From: Halothermothrix sp. DTU029
GTDB taxonomy: Bacteria; Bacillota; Halanaerobiia; Halanaerobiales; DTU029
Direction of reading: 5' to 3'
Assembly: GCA_001512435.1 (NCBI GenBank)
Contig: LFRS01000102.1
Span: 21,395-85,394 of the forward strand
Length of the DNA stretch: 64,000 nt
Shown here: in pieces, positions 63,740 through 64,000 of the stretch
Layout of the letters: each line of letters starts with the position of its first letter
Numbering within the stretch: the first letter of the stretch is position 1
Translations under genes and position numbers: made by a program
The notes under the pieces: generated by a model
What the model was told of the DNA's origin: nothing
Database searches by the model: none
The model's input: only the letters and a program-made list of their open reading frames with translations

Positions 63740-63775
63740 AGCCCGGTTTTTTTATCCGGGCTGTTTTATTTTTAA
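63740..63775 (+). terminator. Intrinsic terminator after the SpoIID-domain gene
   Basis: AGCCCGG-9 nt-CCGGGCT followed by a T-rich run. Confidence 0.65.
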
Positions 63776-63855
63776 CATATGGATAATAATGTATATAATT
63801 ATCCAATCTGGCAAAAATATATAACATAAGATAAGTAGAGGAATGGAGGTTATTT

Positions 63856-64000
63856 ATGAGCTTCAAGAAAAAAATTGCTTTTGCTTTTTTAATAATTCTT
63901 GTATTGTCTTCAATAATTAATGCAGAAGGATTTATACGTTATCTGGTAAAAAAAGGAGACAGTTTATCATTAATTGCTCAAAGATTTAATGTTAGTTTAC
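63856..64000 (+). CDS. Secreted LysM-domain protein (5' part only, runs off the window)
   Basis: MSFKKKIAFAFLIILVLSS... is a signal peptide, followed by YLVKKGDSLSLIAQRFNVSL (the start of a LysM domain). SD GGAGG upstream. Confidence 0.6.
   Translation, partial: MSFKKKIAFAFLIILVLSSIINAEGFIRYLVKKGDSLSLIAQRFNVSL

Noticed and set aside
1-64000. Mobile elements, CRISPR arrays, rRNA/tRNA genes and defence islands
   Set aside because: I found no transposase, integrase or phage-like ORFs and no regularly spaced repeats. No intergenic region is both long enough and GC-rich enough to look like a tRNA or rRNA. The window reads as syntenic core genome.

Overview
This 64 kb window looks like core chromosome from a low-GC, endospore-forming Firmicute. 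It is Clostridia-like, and gene content and codon usage would fit a Halanaerobiales-type anaerobe, but that assignment is a guess. I call about 65 protein genes, roughly 90% on the + strand and densely packed, with many 1-20 nt overlaps.

Gene order left to right:
- yloV-degV-recG-rsmD-coaD, then ylbJ.
- DUF1015 and a PNPOx-like protein.
- A Y-family polymerase tail-to-tail with an SRAP peptidase.
- Patatin, ylbL and tmcAL, then pta-ackA and yceD-rpmF.
- The complete fapR-plsX-fabH-fabK-fabD-fabG-acpP-fabF lipid operon, then rnc.
- An aromatic operon (aroH, DAHP synthase, tyrA, aroA), then cmk-plsC and an ispH::rpsA fusion.
- A sporulation-linked block of mostly uncharacterised genes: DUF1614, spoIIP, YIEGIA, a small partner protein, two DUF3189 paralogs and DUF512.
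- der-plsY-gpsA, spoIVA and hup.
- An AT-rich stretch of orphan genes, then mtaD, a vWA protein and UPF0182.
- An M16 peptidase pair and an NSS transporter with a small subunit.
- queG, a TGS-uridine-kinase fusion, a HAD nucleotidase and nth.
- A TPR protein, a MerR/RacA-like protein, a TPR-SpoIID fusion and a partial LysM protein.

From memory, the order parallels the B. subtilis ylo/ylb, fap/fab and cmk-rpsA-der-gpsA-spoIVA-hbs regions. I saw no rRNA, tRNA, CRISPR array, transposase, integrase or prophage genes, and no clear defence island.

The most promising leads for new biology are:
- The YIEGIA/DUF3189/DUF512 block, including a paralog that has a strong SD but no canonical start codon.
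- A promoter-palindrome-terminator leader in front of the aro operon.
- An AT-rich orphan stretch at 43.8-46.5 kb.
- A candidate SOS-type operator pair in front of the Y-family polymerase.

All homology calls come from motif recognition by eye. No searches were run.
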